Source: Squalus acanthias
Taxonomy: Eukaryota
Direction: 5' to 3'
Length of the DNA: 64,000 bases
Assembly: GCA_030390025.1 (NCBI GenBank)
Contig: CM059425.1
Location: 167,340,001 to 167,404,000, forward strand
Each line of letters begins with the position of its first letter. Position 1 is the stretch's first letter. The notes beneath the pieces were generated by a model. The model ran no database searches. It had not been told where the DNA came from and worked only from the letters and a program-made list of their open reading frames with translations. This document shows positions 21,965 to 34,011 of this stretch, one piece after another. Made by a program: the position numbers and the translations under genes.

Positions 21965-24053
21965 CTACTTTTTGCCCTTCGAGGGTGATCTCCTTCCCTT
22001 GCGCACTTCCCCCCTTCTAACCCTACTGCTCCTCTGTATTGGGACCTCAGTGGCTGCAGCAAGGCTGGTGGAAGGCTGCTGATCGTCAGACCCTGACACT
22101 GCAGATGCCCCTGAAGGACGGCCTCGACCACTTCTGGGCCTGGAGGGCCCGGCTGCAGACTGCACCAACTCTGCATGGGCGGCAGCAGTCTGTCCTACAG
22201 GCGGTGGCAAGTGCAGTGGAGAAGTGACAGTGTTGGCAACAGGAATGCTGTCATCGTGAGAGAGGACAGCAACTCCCTGCTCGACCGACACACTGGCACT
22301 CCCACGGGGCAGCACTTCAGCATCCGGAGCAATCTGCTGGAGCACAGATTGCTGGCCTGCTGCGGCGCGGTGACAGCCCCGGGGACATGTGAACGAACCA
22401 TCGAGGTTGGCAGCAGTCAGTGCTCGCGTGGCCTCAATCTGAGTCTGCATGAGAGCAGTCAGAGATGGGATCACGGCAGTCAGTGACTGAATTGCAGCAC
22501 TAAGCGTTAGTGTGGCATCCGCCTGTGCTACAGCGAAGTGCTCCACATTCCTTGCCAGTGACTCAATGCATTCGGGCACCCTTCCCACTGCACCCATGAG
22601 CTCAGTGTGCATGCCCACCGCCTGGGTGTTCATTTCTGCGATCAGCCGCTCCTCCTCTGCGTCCATTGCAGTAGGAGTCGCTGGCATACTCTCCCTCTGG
22701 GGAGAAGGCCCCCGTTCTTCCCTACCGCCATGGCGTTGCTGCAGCCCACTGGGTCCTGGAGCTTCACCCTCATCAGCCCCTTCCCCCCTGCTCCCCTCCA
22801 GGGAAGGCGTGTTCCCAGTGTGGGCATGGGCTTCCTCGGGAGAGGGTGGCACTGATGCTCCGGCTTCCTCTTCCTCCTCGGCTGCAGCTTCACTCCCACT
22901 GGCAGCTTCAGGGCCCGTCTCCTCAGCTGGTGAATCACCATCTGAAAGCAGGGAGGTACAAGAGTGACTTTAGCGTGAGGACAGGGTGGCAGTAAGGGAG
23001 GAATAAGTGCAGCGAGTTAGCAAGTTGGATTGAAAGTGTCAAAGGCTGGTGTTGTGAGGGACAAGTGGAAGGACAGAGGACAAAAAGGTGATGACCTTAC
23101 CATTGCTGTCCAGAACGGGGTCGGCGTCTCCAGTGGCGACGGGACCGATCACCCGCTTGCCACAATCCTGTGGACGCGCTCCTCAAGATCGCTGAGGGGT
23201 TGCAGCTGAGGCCGCCCTCCACCTGTCCGTTGCTGCTGTCTCCTATTATGCGCCAGCTTGGCCTGCAAGAAAAAGGACAGCATCTGAGTAAATATACAGC
23301 CATGGTCTTGCCTGATGTGCCTCCCATAGGTGAATAGCCCTTACTGTATACAGCCATGGTCTTGCCTGATGTGCCTCCCATAGGTGAATAGCCCTTACTG
23401 TATACAGCCATGGTCTTGCCTGATGTGCCTCCCATAGGTGAATAGCCCTTACTGTATGCAGCCATGGTCTTGCCTGATGTGCCTCCCATAGGTGAATAGC
23501 CCTTACTGTATATAGCCATGGTCTTGCCTGATGTGCCTCCCATAGGTGAATAGCCCTTACTGTATACAGCCATGGTCTTGCCTGATGTGCCTCCCATAGG
23601 TGAATAGCCCTTACTGTATGCAGCCATGGTCTTGCCTGATGTGCCTCCCATAGGTGAATAGCCCTTACTGTATGCAAAGTGTGGAATGTGTGTGTGTGTT
23701 TCATGAAAGGGCCATAGGTGTTGGATAAGTGTTGTGCATTGGGGTTTTAAAACCCTCTGGCCATAGAGTGTGGTTGAGATGGAGGGATGGAGAGGTATTG
23801 AGAAAAAGCCACTCACCCTGACGACCCAAGTGAGGTCGTTGAACTTTTTGCGGCATTGAACATGGGTCCTGGGCACCATGCTCCTGGAGGAGACGCTCTG
23901 AGCCACCTCCCTCCACACCCTTCTGTACTCGCGTGGCAAAGGCCTCCTGCCACTCTCAGGGAAGAGTATACATCTTCTGCGCTCCACCGCGCCAACCAGA
24001 GCATCCAAGGCCCGCTCGGTGAAGCGATGAGCTCGTTCTCTCACCCTCTCCAT
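21965..24053 (-). pseudogene. Harbinger Myb/SANT-like DNA-binding gene, 3 exons (24053-23817, 23262-23101, 22941-21965), with an apparent 1-nt deletion in exon 2
   Basis: Exon 1 RFTERALDALV..LFP..WREVA..QCRKKFNDL; GT-AG sites (gtgagt, ttgcag, gtaagg, tttcag). Exon 2 is 162 nt but must be 3n+1 to join the long exon-3 frame, so as written it stops at a TGA near 23150. Confidence 0.8.
23293..23676. repeat. 7 x 54-bp near-perfect tandem array in intron 1 of the Myb gene
   Basis: Unit cagccatggtcttgcctgatgtgcctcccataggtgaatagcccttactgtat(a/g); variation only at unit junctions. Confidence 0.95.
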
Positions 24054-24414
24054 CCTTGGCAGCAAAATGGATTCACAGGTCTCTCCAGGCCGAGATTCAA
24101 GGCTGCAATGAGCAGGGTGTGGCTGGGGAGCAAGTTGGCCCCCCCGCTTTAAGAACTGGCCGGCGCCAGTGTGTCTGTGTTCCCTCGCTAACTGGCAGCA
24201 CCTGCGCTGCGCTCGCGCGCTGAGTTAGCGCCTCACTGCTCGGCCTTTGCGCCTTAAGACAGGTGTGCAGCGCCTGATTTAGTGCTCCACTCACCTCCCG
24301 GGGCGGTAAAAGTGAAGTTTCCAGTCAGTGGCGATAATTAGCGCCAGGCGCTAATATTTGCGTCCAGACGATATTTGCGCCCCAAACGGGGCGCGACCTA
24401 ATTTTTCCCCCTTT

Positions 24415-27186
24415 GTGTCTTAATGCGAGGAGCATTCGTAATAAGTTGGATGAATTAGCTGCGCAAATAGAGGTAAACTAATATGATATAATTGGGATTA
24501 CGGCAACATGGCTCCATGGTGACCAAGGCTGGGAACTCAACATACAGGGGTATTCAATATTCAGGAAATATAGGCAAAAAGGAAAAGGAGGTGGGGTAGC
24601 ATTGCTGGTTAAAGAGGGGATTAACACAATTGTAAGGAAGGATATTAGATCTGATGATGTGGAATCTGTATGGGTAGAACTGAGAAATACCAAGGGACAG
24701 AAAACGCTAGTGGGAGTGGTGTTTAGACCCTCCAAACAGTAATACGGAGGTTGGGGATGGCATTAAAAGGGAAATTAGAGAAGCGTGCAATAAGAGCACA
24801 GCAGTTATTATGGGCGACTTTAATCTACATATAGATTGGGCTAACCAAATTAGTAACAATACTGTGGAGGAGGAATTCCTGGAGTGCATACGGGATGGTT
24901 TCCTGGACCAATATGTCGAGGGACCAACTAGAGATCAGGCCATCTTAGACTGGGTATTATGTAATGAGAAAGGATTAATTAGCAATCTTGTTGTGCGAGG
25001 CCCCTTGGGTCGGAGCGATCATAATATGATAGAATTCTTCATTAAGATGGAGAGTGAAGTAGTTGACTCAGAGACTAGGGTCCTGAATTTAAATAAAGGA
25101 AACTACGATGGTATGAGGCGCGTGTTGGGTAGGATTGATTGGGGAATGTCACTCAAAGGGTTGACGGTGGATAGGCAATGGCAAACATTCAAAGATCACA
25201 TGAATGAACTACAGAATTTGTTCATCCCAGTTTGGCATAAAAATAAAACAAAAAAGGTGACTCAACCGTGGCTAACAAGGGAAATTAGGGATAGCATAAG
25301 ATCCAAGGAGAGGACATATAAATTGGCCAGAAAAAGCAGAAACCCTGAGGATTGGGAGCAGTATAGGATTCAGCAAAGAAGGACAAAGGGATTAATTAAA
25401 GGGGGGGAATAGAGTATGAGAGTAAGCTTTCAGGGAACATAAAAACTGACTGTAAAAGCTTTTATAGATATGTGAAGAGTAAAAGATTGGTGAAGTCAAG
25501 CGTAGGTCCCTTGCAGTCAGAATCAGGGGAATGTATAATGGGGAACAAAGAAATGGCAGACCAATTAAATACATACTTTGGTTCTGTCTTCACAAAGGAG
25601 GACACAAATAACCTCCCAGAGAGGTCAGGGAACATAGGGTCTAATGAGAGGGAGGAACTGAAAGAAATGAGTCTTTGTAGGGAAATAGTGTTAGGGAAAT
25701 TGACGGGATTGAAGGCCGATAAATCCCCAGGGCCTGATAATCTACATCCTAGGGTACTTAAGGAAGTGGCCCTAGAAATAGTAGATGCATTGCTGGTCAT
25801 CTTCCAAAATTCTATAGACTCTGAAACAGTTCCCATGGATTGGAGGGTAGCTAATGTTACCCCACTATTCAAAAATGGTGGTGGAGAGAAAACGGGGAAT
25901 TATAGACTGGTAAGCCTGACATCGGTAGTGGGGTAAATGCTAGAGTCCATTATAAAAGATGTAATAGCAGAGCACTTGGAAAACAGTGACAGGATCGGAC
26001 AAAGTCAACATGGATTTACAAAAGGTAAATTGTGCTTGACTAATCTACTGGAATTTTTTGAGGATGTAACTGGTAAAATAGATAAAGGAGAACCAGAGGA
26101 TATGGTGTATTTGGACTTTCAGAAGGCTTTCAATAAGGTCCCGCATAAGAGATTAGCATGTAAAGTTAAGGCACATGGGATTGGGGGCAAGGTATTGACT
26201 TGGATAGAGAACTGGTTGGCAGACAGAAAGCAAAGAGTTGGAATAAACTAGTCTTTTTCCGAGTGGCAGGCAGTGACTAGTGGGGTACCGCAGGGATTGG
26301 TCCTAGGACCCCAGCTATTCACAATATATATAAATGATCTAGACGAGGGAATTGGATGTAATATCTCCAAGTTTGCAGATGACACAAAGCTGGGTGGGAG
26401 TGTGTGCCGTGAGGAGGATGCAGAGAAACTCCAGTATGATTTGGACAGGTTGGGTGATTGGGCAGAAGCATGGCAGATGCAATATAATGTGGATAAATGT
26501 GAGGTTATCCACTTTGGTGGCAAAAACAGGAAGGCAGATTATTATCTGAATGGCAATAGATTGGGAGAAGGGGAAGTGCAACGAGACCTGGGTGTACTTG
26601 TGCACCAGTCGCTGAAGGTAAGCATGCAGGTGCAGCAGGCGGTTAAGAAGGCAAATGGTATGTTGGCCTTCGTAGCGAAAGGGTTCGAGTAAAGGAACAA
26701 GGATGTCTTGCTGCAGTTGTACAGGGTCTTGGTGAGACCACATCTTGAGTATTGTGTGCAGTTTTGGTCGCCTTATCTGAGGAAGGATGTTCTTGCCATG
26801 GAGGGAGTGCAGGAATGGCAGGAATGACGTATGAGGAGAGATTGGGTCAATTGGGCTTATACTCGCTAGAGTTTAGAAGAATGAGAGGGGATCTCATTGA
26901 AACTTATAAAATTCTAACAGGACTAGACAGACTAGATGCAGGAAGGATGTTCCCAATGGCTGGGGAGTCCAGAACCAGGGGTCACAGTCTAAGGATAAGG
27001 GGTAAGCCATTTAGGACTGAGATGAGGAGGAATTTCTTCACCCAGAGAGTGGTGAACCTGTGGAATTCTCTACCACAGAAGGCAGTAGAGGCCAATTCAT
27101 TAAATATATTCAAGAAGGAGTTAGATATATTTCTTAAGGCTAAAGGGATCAAGGGATATGGAGAGAAGGCAGGGACAGGGTACTGA
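24415..27186 (+). pseudogene. CR1 ORF2p of copy 2 (remainder after the Harbinger insertion), degenerate
   Basis: EN and RT motifs across ORFs 24810-25412, 25472-26251, 26273-26692 and 26752-27186, with several stops. Confidence 0.92.
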
Positions 27187-30100
27187 ATTTGGATGATCAG
27201 CCATGATCTCATTGAATGGCAGAGCAGGTTCGAGGGGCTGAATGGCCTACTCCTGCTCCTATCTTCTATGTTTCTATGTAAAAGCAAATGTAAAGATAAA
27301 AGACAAATAACGTTTCATTGTACAGTCCTAGTGCAGTGCGGCTGGGACCGTTGCACCTCAGGTGTTGCTTGCACCTGTGCCCCATACAGCTGACCTTACC
27401 TGATAAGACAAGGTCAGTTTAATTAAACATTTTTTGGCGCTCCTGTTACTTAGCTTATGAAATGCTGTGAGTGCCGCAGAGGTTGTGATCTTCATTATCA
27501 GGCACCTGCAGCTATTAAAGGACAGCTGCACTTTTATTTTAGGCTAGGAGAATATTGTGGGGACCAAAGATCCCTTTCAAGATTTTGCTTTGCAGGCCAA
27601 ACAACGGTAGGGACAGCAACCAGGGGAGGCTCCAGTGGAAGGAGAGGACCACCAAGGAGGTCTTCTTGAAGCATTTTTGCTGCATTATAAGAATGATCCC
27701 TAATTTGAATAGAATCAGGTGCGTGATCAGCTTTGAGCACAGTGAGTATGCAGGCTCAGCGTGATCAAAGCCATAGACTGTCGCATTTTGGGGTGATGTG
27801 CACATTAGGTACTGAGGCGGCATCAGTGCCAGTTACTATGAGGCCACATCGCCTAAAACACTGGGATGATTCAAATGCTTAACATTATTGGCCGTTATAT
27901 TGACCTGTGATTTGTTTTTCTAAGTGCTGAGCTGCTGCGTATTTCCAGCATTTTCAATTTTTATTCCAGATTTGCTGGTTTTTTTTGATTAAAAGTGAAT
28001 GTTTTCCACTTACTCAGAGTAGCTATTTACTGCTTTAGAGAAATTCTTAGCAGTCCTTTGTAATCAGATTAGTGTTTGGCAATCTGTCTGAACTGATTAG
28101 TTAGCTGGAAGTGGGCAAACATTTTAAGTCATCATTGTTTAGTTAGATTTCAGTTTGTAAATGCGAACATGGTGAAAAGTAACAATGCGGGTATGAAAGA
28201 CTTTGGAACTAGAAGAAGACCTCTAGGGAGAGTTAAAAGACAGGCAGAAGCAGGTAGGAGAGGATTAAATGGGAAATTGGACTAGAAAATAATGATACTA
28301 TTATATTGTGGAATCATTTCTAGTGATGAAGTTAGTGGTGTTGCAAATTGGTATGCAGTTTCTCAAAAGTAACATTTGTTGTTGTATGTTGTAGAGATTC
28401 ACGTATCTCTGGTAAACAGGATTGAGTGCAAACCAATATGGTGGGTATATTGTGTTTAATCGGAGTTTAGGACGGAATATAACACACTTGTAATAGAGCA
28501 AAAACATACGACAATGACAAATAGCTGATACCGGACCCGATCGGACAGACGGCTGGCGTGCACGAACAACTCTTCTTATTCATTCTCCTTCTTGTCGCAC
28601 GTGTCTCTCTCTCTCTTTCTCTGAACTACCCAAGGGTGTTAGACTAGAGTCCGCATGTGTCCACCCTCTGAAGAGTGTTAGACCACCAACTCACTCTTGG
28701 GAGCCCTCTGCTCCCCTGTTTGGTCTAAGGGCTTTTCAGGTCTTGATTTTATTCTCTGTTTAGGGGTGGGCCTGAGGCCAAATTATTGACAAGACCATTT
28801 AACCTATAGAAGTTCCCCTAAAAACTCAGTACCCAATGGGTTGTCGAGTTCTTTGCCTCAATTCTTGGATGAAAGCCCTCCCCTAAAGGGGTCTCATGAT
28901 CTCAGTCAATTTTTCTTATTGTTTAATCTTTCTGAAGGTTGTTCCTTTGGAATTCGTGACTTATCTCCCTGGTCCCTATCCTCCCTGGTACAATTGGTAC
29001 TAGGTCTGGCCTTGTACCCTTTCAATCGTGAGGCCCAAGCCAGAGCTGTCCCACTTCAGCCAGTCGTTATCTCACTTTCATCTAGCAAAACTGCTCCATC
29101 CTGAGATGGATACCTTAACCTCCCCAAATTCCTTCCATTCTAAGTCTTTTTATATTAATTAACTTTTAATTATCTTCACAAGTAGTTCTGTTAAACAAGC
29201 TCCAAATTCTACCTTAGCATTATAATATGGTTATTAGTAATAATGGAAGAAACATAGGTTGGGCCTTCACTGGCCAAATTAAAGATACATTAACAAAGTC
29301 AAAACCCTAACTTAGAAACAACAGACAGCTAGTCTGGCAGGGCAAGGCCATGCTATGGGCCCCTGTGTGGAATGTCATGCCCCATTTAATCTAACTAACT
29401 GAAGACATTTTGGCCGTGATTTTGCCGGCGCTCAGGGGGCGGGTTTGGAGGTGGGTCAGGTGGTAAAATTGAAAAAAATGACGGCGGGTTCCGATCCCGC
29501 CACCAACCCGCCTCCGTGCAACTTTGCCAAAGGCGGGCTCACAGACTCCCGTTCGGTCCTGCCACCAAGTGGTGGGATAGGCACTTAAGGCAGTTAATTG
29601 CTTGTTAACTGCCTGGATAATGCCATTTTGACAGTCGTTTTACACTTTACCACTTTTTCTGCGTGTTCCACGCCGTTCCCCAACCACGCCAGCTAATTGT
29701 GTCGGGTTCACAAGTGGCTGCCTTCTTGACGGCTGCAGCTCCAGCATAAAAACGGAGCTCTCAACAAAGATCAGTTGCAGGTGGCAGAACTTTGTTTTTT
29801 CAGGTCTTGGAAAACTTTTTGCAGGTCTACTGATCTTGGAAGTGGTGAAGCTGAGATCCATCTCCACTGTGACCTCCTGGGAAAACCTTCTCCCCACATT
29901 GACTGAGCGCTTCCTCAACTGAGATATCTACCAGCAGCATGGGAACCATTTATTTCCTTTCATCCTGGTCCTCAGATTCAGAGGATGAGCAGCCGCGGCA
30001 GCAGGAGAACCAGGCACAACAGCAGCACCAACAGCAAGAGCGCCAACCTCCTGCTCAGCCACATGATGGTGCACAGGGCAGAAGGCATCAGCGCAGGGAT

Positions 30101-30879
30101 GCACGTCGCTGCAGGAGATACCCCCAACACAGGCTTTACAGGCCGAGGATGACCTTCCTCAGCATGACTGACCAGCAGTGCCAAAGGAGGCTGAGACTTT
30201 CGCGAGAGGTAGTCCCAGACATTTGCACAATGCTCGATCAAGACCTGCAGCCCAGAGGAGCAGGTGGACACCCCTTACCAGTGGCTGTCAAAGTCACCAC
30301 CGCCCTCAATTTCTTTGCTTCAGGGTCCTTCCAGGGCTTATCAGCAGACATCAGCGGCATCTCCCAGTCGGCCGCACACACTTGCATCATGCAGGTAACC
30401 GATGCCCTCTTTGCCAAGGCACACAATTACATACACTTCTCCACGGATCATGCATGTGTAACCGCACGTGCGGTTGGCTTTGCAAATATGGCAGGCTTGC
30501 CAAGGGTGCAGGGCGTTGTAGACTGCACACATGTGGCCCTTAGGCCCCATCACAACCCAACTGTTTTTGTCAACCGCAAGGGCTTCCACTCCCTCAACAT
30601 GCAGCTAGTGTGTAACCACAGGAAGGACATTTTACATGGTTGCATGAAGTAACCTGGCAGTTGTCATGACTCGTTCATCCTGCAGCAGTCTAGTATGCCT
30701 CCGCTCTTCAATCCCGCTGTGATTATCTACATGAACATTTTGCCTCCTTTCCCACTGTGATTATCTACATGAACATTTTGCGACCACCTGTGCATGCGCA
30801 GTACCCAACAGTTGCGGCCTGCAGCATGGGCCACGCTTTCCTCAGCTCCGTAAGGTGGTCACTGGATCCGTTGGTTGCT

Positions 30880-31220
30880 GGGGGGAGGAGGGAGAGCGAG
30901 AGAGTGAAAGAGGGGGGGAGAGAGTGAGGGGAGGGGGGGAGAGAGTGAGGGGAGGGGGGGGAGAGAGTGAGGGTAGGGGGGGAGAGAGTGAGGGGAGGGG
31001 AGGAGAGAGTGAGGGGAGGGGGGGGAGAGAGTGAGGGGAGGGGGGAAAGAGTGAGGGGAGAGGGGAGAGAGTGAGGGGAGGGGGGGAGAGAGTGAGGGTG
31101 GGGGGAGAGAGTTAGGGGAGGGGGGGAGAGAGTGAGGGGAGAGGGGAGAGAGTGAGGGGAGGGGGGAGAGAGTGAGTGGAGGGGGGGAGAGAGTGAGGGG
31201 AGGGGGGAGAGAGTGAGGGG
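30880..31220. repeat. Polypurine minisatellite (~20-bp gagagagtgaggggaggggg units)
   Basis: Directly visible; variable G-run length; explains the PPSPHSL pseudo-ORFs. Confidence 0.92.
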
Positions 31221-31221
31221 C

Positions 31222-31586
31222 AAAATTCTTACAGGGCTTGACAGGGTAGATGAAGGGAGGATGTTTCCCCTGGCTGGGGAGTCCAGAACCAGGGGTCACA
31301 GTCTCAGGATAAGGGGTCGGCCATTTAGGACTGAGATGAGGAGGAATTTCTTCACTGAGGGTGGTGAATCTTTGGAATTCTCTACCCCAGAGGGCTGTGG
31401 AGGCTCAGTCGTTGAGTATATTTAAGACAGAGAGCGATAGATTTTTGAATATTAAGGGAATCAAGGGCTATGAGGATAGTGCAGGAAAGTGGAGATGTGG
31501 TAGAAGATCAGCCATGATCTTATTGAGTGGCGGAGCAGGCTCGAGGAGCCAAATGGCCTACTCCTGCTCCAATTTCTTATGTTATG
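31222..31586 (+). mobile_element. CR1 3' end fragment within the Harbinger-2 transposase
   Basis: Peptide KILTGLDRVDEGRMFP, 3'UTR and ttcttatgttatg tail. Confidence 0.9.
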
Positions 31587-32218
31587 TTCCACCAAACCAA
31601 CTTTCCAGGTGGCTACTTGGAGACAAGGGCTATCCCCTGAATATGTGGCTGATGACACCATTGAGGAGGCCATCAAACGAAGCTGAGGAGCGCTACAATG
31701 CCAGCCACATTTCCACCAGATCCATTATCGAGCAAACCATCGGCTTGTTGAAGATGCGATTCAGATGCCTTGATAGATCAGGTGGTGCCCTACAGTATTC
31801 AGCAGCCAGGGTCTCCAGAATTGTCATGGTCTGCTGTGCACAGCATCGTGGCTTACCGCTGCCTGAGGAACAAGTGACTCAGCATATAGCCTCATCAGAT
31901 GAGGATGAGGAACACCTTGCGGAGGCGGATGCACCAGTTCCAGCAGCACGCAAGCATATTGCTGCCCGTGATGCAAGGGATGCACTAATCTTTGCCAGAT
32001 TTGCTTAAGTAGACAAATCAAACAAATGTGGCTGGCACCTTCTTAACACACCATACACAACATACAAGAACCTGTGGGTTCCTATCACTCTCGCCACCAT
32101 CATTACAAATGCAAGTCGCCCTGAGCCCTCAATGTGGAACTTCCATTTCCGAGATCACATAGACCAGAACTTCAACTGTTTGCCATCACTTCTGTTTAAT
32201 CCATTCACAAAAGGATGA

Positions 32219-33947
32219 CATAGAAGCATAGAAGCATAGAAGATAGGAGCAGGAGTAGGCCATTCAGCCCCTCGAGCCTGCTCCGCCATTTAATGAGATC
32301 ATGGCTGATCATCCAAATTCAGTACCCTGTCCCTGCTTTCTCCCCATATCACTTGATCCCTTTAGCCTTAAGAAATATATCTATCTCCTTCTTGAATATA
32401 TTTAATGAATTGGCCTCAACTGCCTTCTGTGGTAGAGAATTCCACAGGTTCACCACTCTCTGGGTGAAGAAATTCCTCCTCATCTCAGTCCGAAATGGCT
32501 TACCCCTTATCCTTAGACTGCGACCTCTGGTTCTGGACTCCCGCGCCATCGGGAACATCCTTCCTGCATCTAGTCTGTCTAGTCCTGTCAGAATTTTATA
32601 AGTTTCAATGAGATCCCCTCTCATTTTTCGAAACTCTAGCGAATATAAGCCTAATCGACCCAATCTCTCTTTATACGTCATTCCTGCCATCCCAGGTATC
32701 AGTCTGGTAAATCTTCGCTGCACTCCCTCCATGGCAAGAACATCCTTCCTCAGATAAGGTGACCAAAACTGCACACAATACTCAAGGTGTGGTCTCACCA
32801 AGGCCTTGTACAACTGCAGCAAGACATCCTTGCTCCTGGACTCGAATCGTCTCGCTATGAAGGCCAACATACCATTTGCCTTCTTAACCGCCTGCTGCAC
32901 CTGCATGCTTACCTTCAGCGACTGGTGCACAAGGACTCCCAGATCTCGTTGCACTTCCCCTTTTCCCAATCTATTGCCGTTCAGATAATAATCTGTCTTC
33001 CTGTTTTTGCCACCAAAGTGGATAACCTCGCATTTATCCACATTATACTGCATCTGCCATGCAGCTGCCCAATCACCCAACCTGTCCAAATCATACTGGA
33101 GTTTCTCTGCATCCTCCTCACAGCACACACGCCCACCCAGCTTTGTGTCGTCTGCAAACTTAGAGATATTACATCTAGTTCCCTCGTCTAGATCATTAAT
33201 ATATATTGTGAATAGCTGGGGTCCTAGCACCGATCCCTGTGGTACCCCACTAGTCACTGCCAGCCACTCGGAAAAAGACCCGTTTATTCCAACTCTTTGC
33301 TTCCTGTCTGCCAACTAGTTCTCTATCCAAATCAGTACCTTACCCCCAGTCCCATGTGCTTTAACTTTGCACGCTAATCTCTTATGCGGGACCTTATCAA
33401 AAGCCTTCTGAAAGTCCAAATACACCACATCCACTGTTTCTCCCTTATCTATTCTACCAGTTACATCCTCAAAAAATTCCAGTAGATTAGTCAGGCATGA
33501 TTTCCCTTTTGTAAATCCATGTTGACTTTATCCGATCCTGTCACTGTTTTCCAAGTGCTCTGCTATTACATCTTTTACAATGGACTCTAGCATTTTCCCC
33601 ACTACCGATGTTAGGCTTACTGGTCTATAATTCCCCGTTTTCTCTCTACCACCTTTTTTAAATAGTGGGGTTACATTAGCTGCCCTCCAATCCATGGGAA
33701 CTATTCCAGAGTCTGTAGAATTTTGAAAGATGACTAGCAATGCATCTACTATTTCTAGGGCCACTTCCTTAAGTACCCTAGGATGTAGATTATCAGGCCC
33801 TGGGGATTTATCGGCCTTCAATCCTATCAATTTCCCTAACACCATTTCCCTACAAATACTGATTTCATTCAATTCCTCCCTCTCATTAGACCCTATGTTC
33901 CCCGACATCTCTGGGAGTTTATTTGTGTCCTCCTTTGTGAAGACAGA
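32219..33947 (-). mobile_element. 5'-truncated CR1 (same subfamily as copies 1 and 2) inserted between the Harbinger-2 genes
   Basis: ORFs 33528-33956 and 32349-33314 nearly identical to copy 1 ORF2; tail (TTCTATGC)n. Confidence 0.94.
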
Positions 33948-34011
33948 CAATGTCAAATATTAAATAAAACAAAGACAACAGAACAGAACACCCAAGTGAC
34001 TACCCTTGTGA

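Larger units (their letters stand above)
19993..24411 (+). mobile_element. PIF/Harbinger DNA transposon, structurally complete, 4419 bp
   Basis: Perfect 12-bp TIR GGGGGAAAAATT, 3-bp TSD TTT (19990-19992, 24412-24414), and convergent transposase and Myb/SANT genes. Confidence 0.96.
18442..27278 (+). mobile_element. Full-length CR1 LINE, copy 2, split by a Harbinger insertion at 19993-24411
   Basis: Removing the insert and one TTT restores gaaggctttgtgtcttaatgcgagg (KALCLNAR), colinear with copy 1; ORF2 pieces continue to 27186; tail tcttctatgtttctatg. Confidence 0.95.
29939..32008 (+). pseudogene. Harbinger transposase, stop at about 30650 and interrupted at about 30713-31586
   Basis: GVVDCTH and [11 protein letters not shown] before the break; LLGDKGYP and [16 protein letters not shown] after it. 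Confidence 0.9.

Noticed and set aside
23293..23676. CRISPR-like array
   Set aside because: Head-to-tail 54-bp units with no unique spacers, no cas genes, and a eukaryotic intron context.
27340..27990. Possible old transposon remnant and degenerate Penelope tail
   Set aside because: No termini or TSD could be defined; similarity too weak to call.
30765..31299. Pro/Ser/Leu-rich extensin-like ORFs
   Set aside because: Translation of the polypurine minisatellite.
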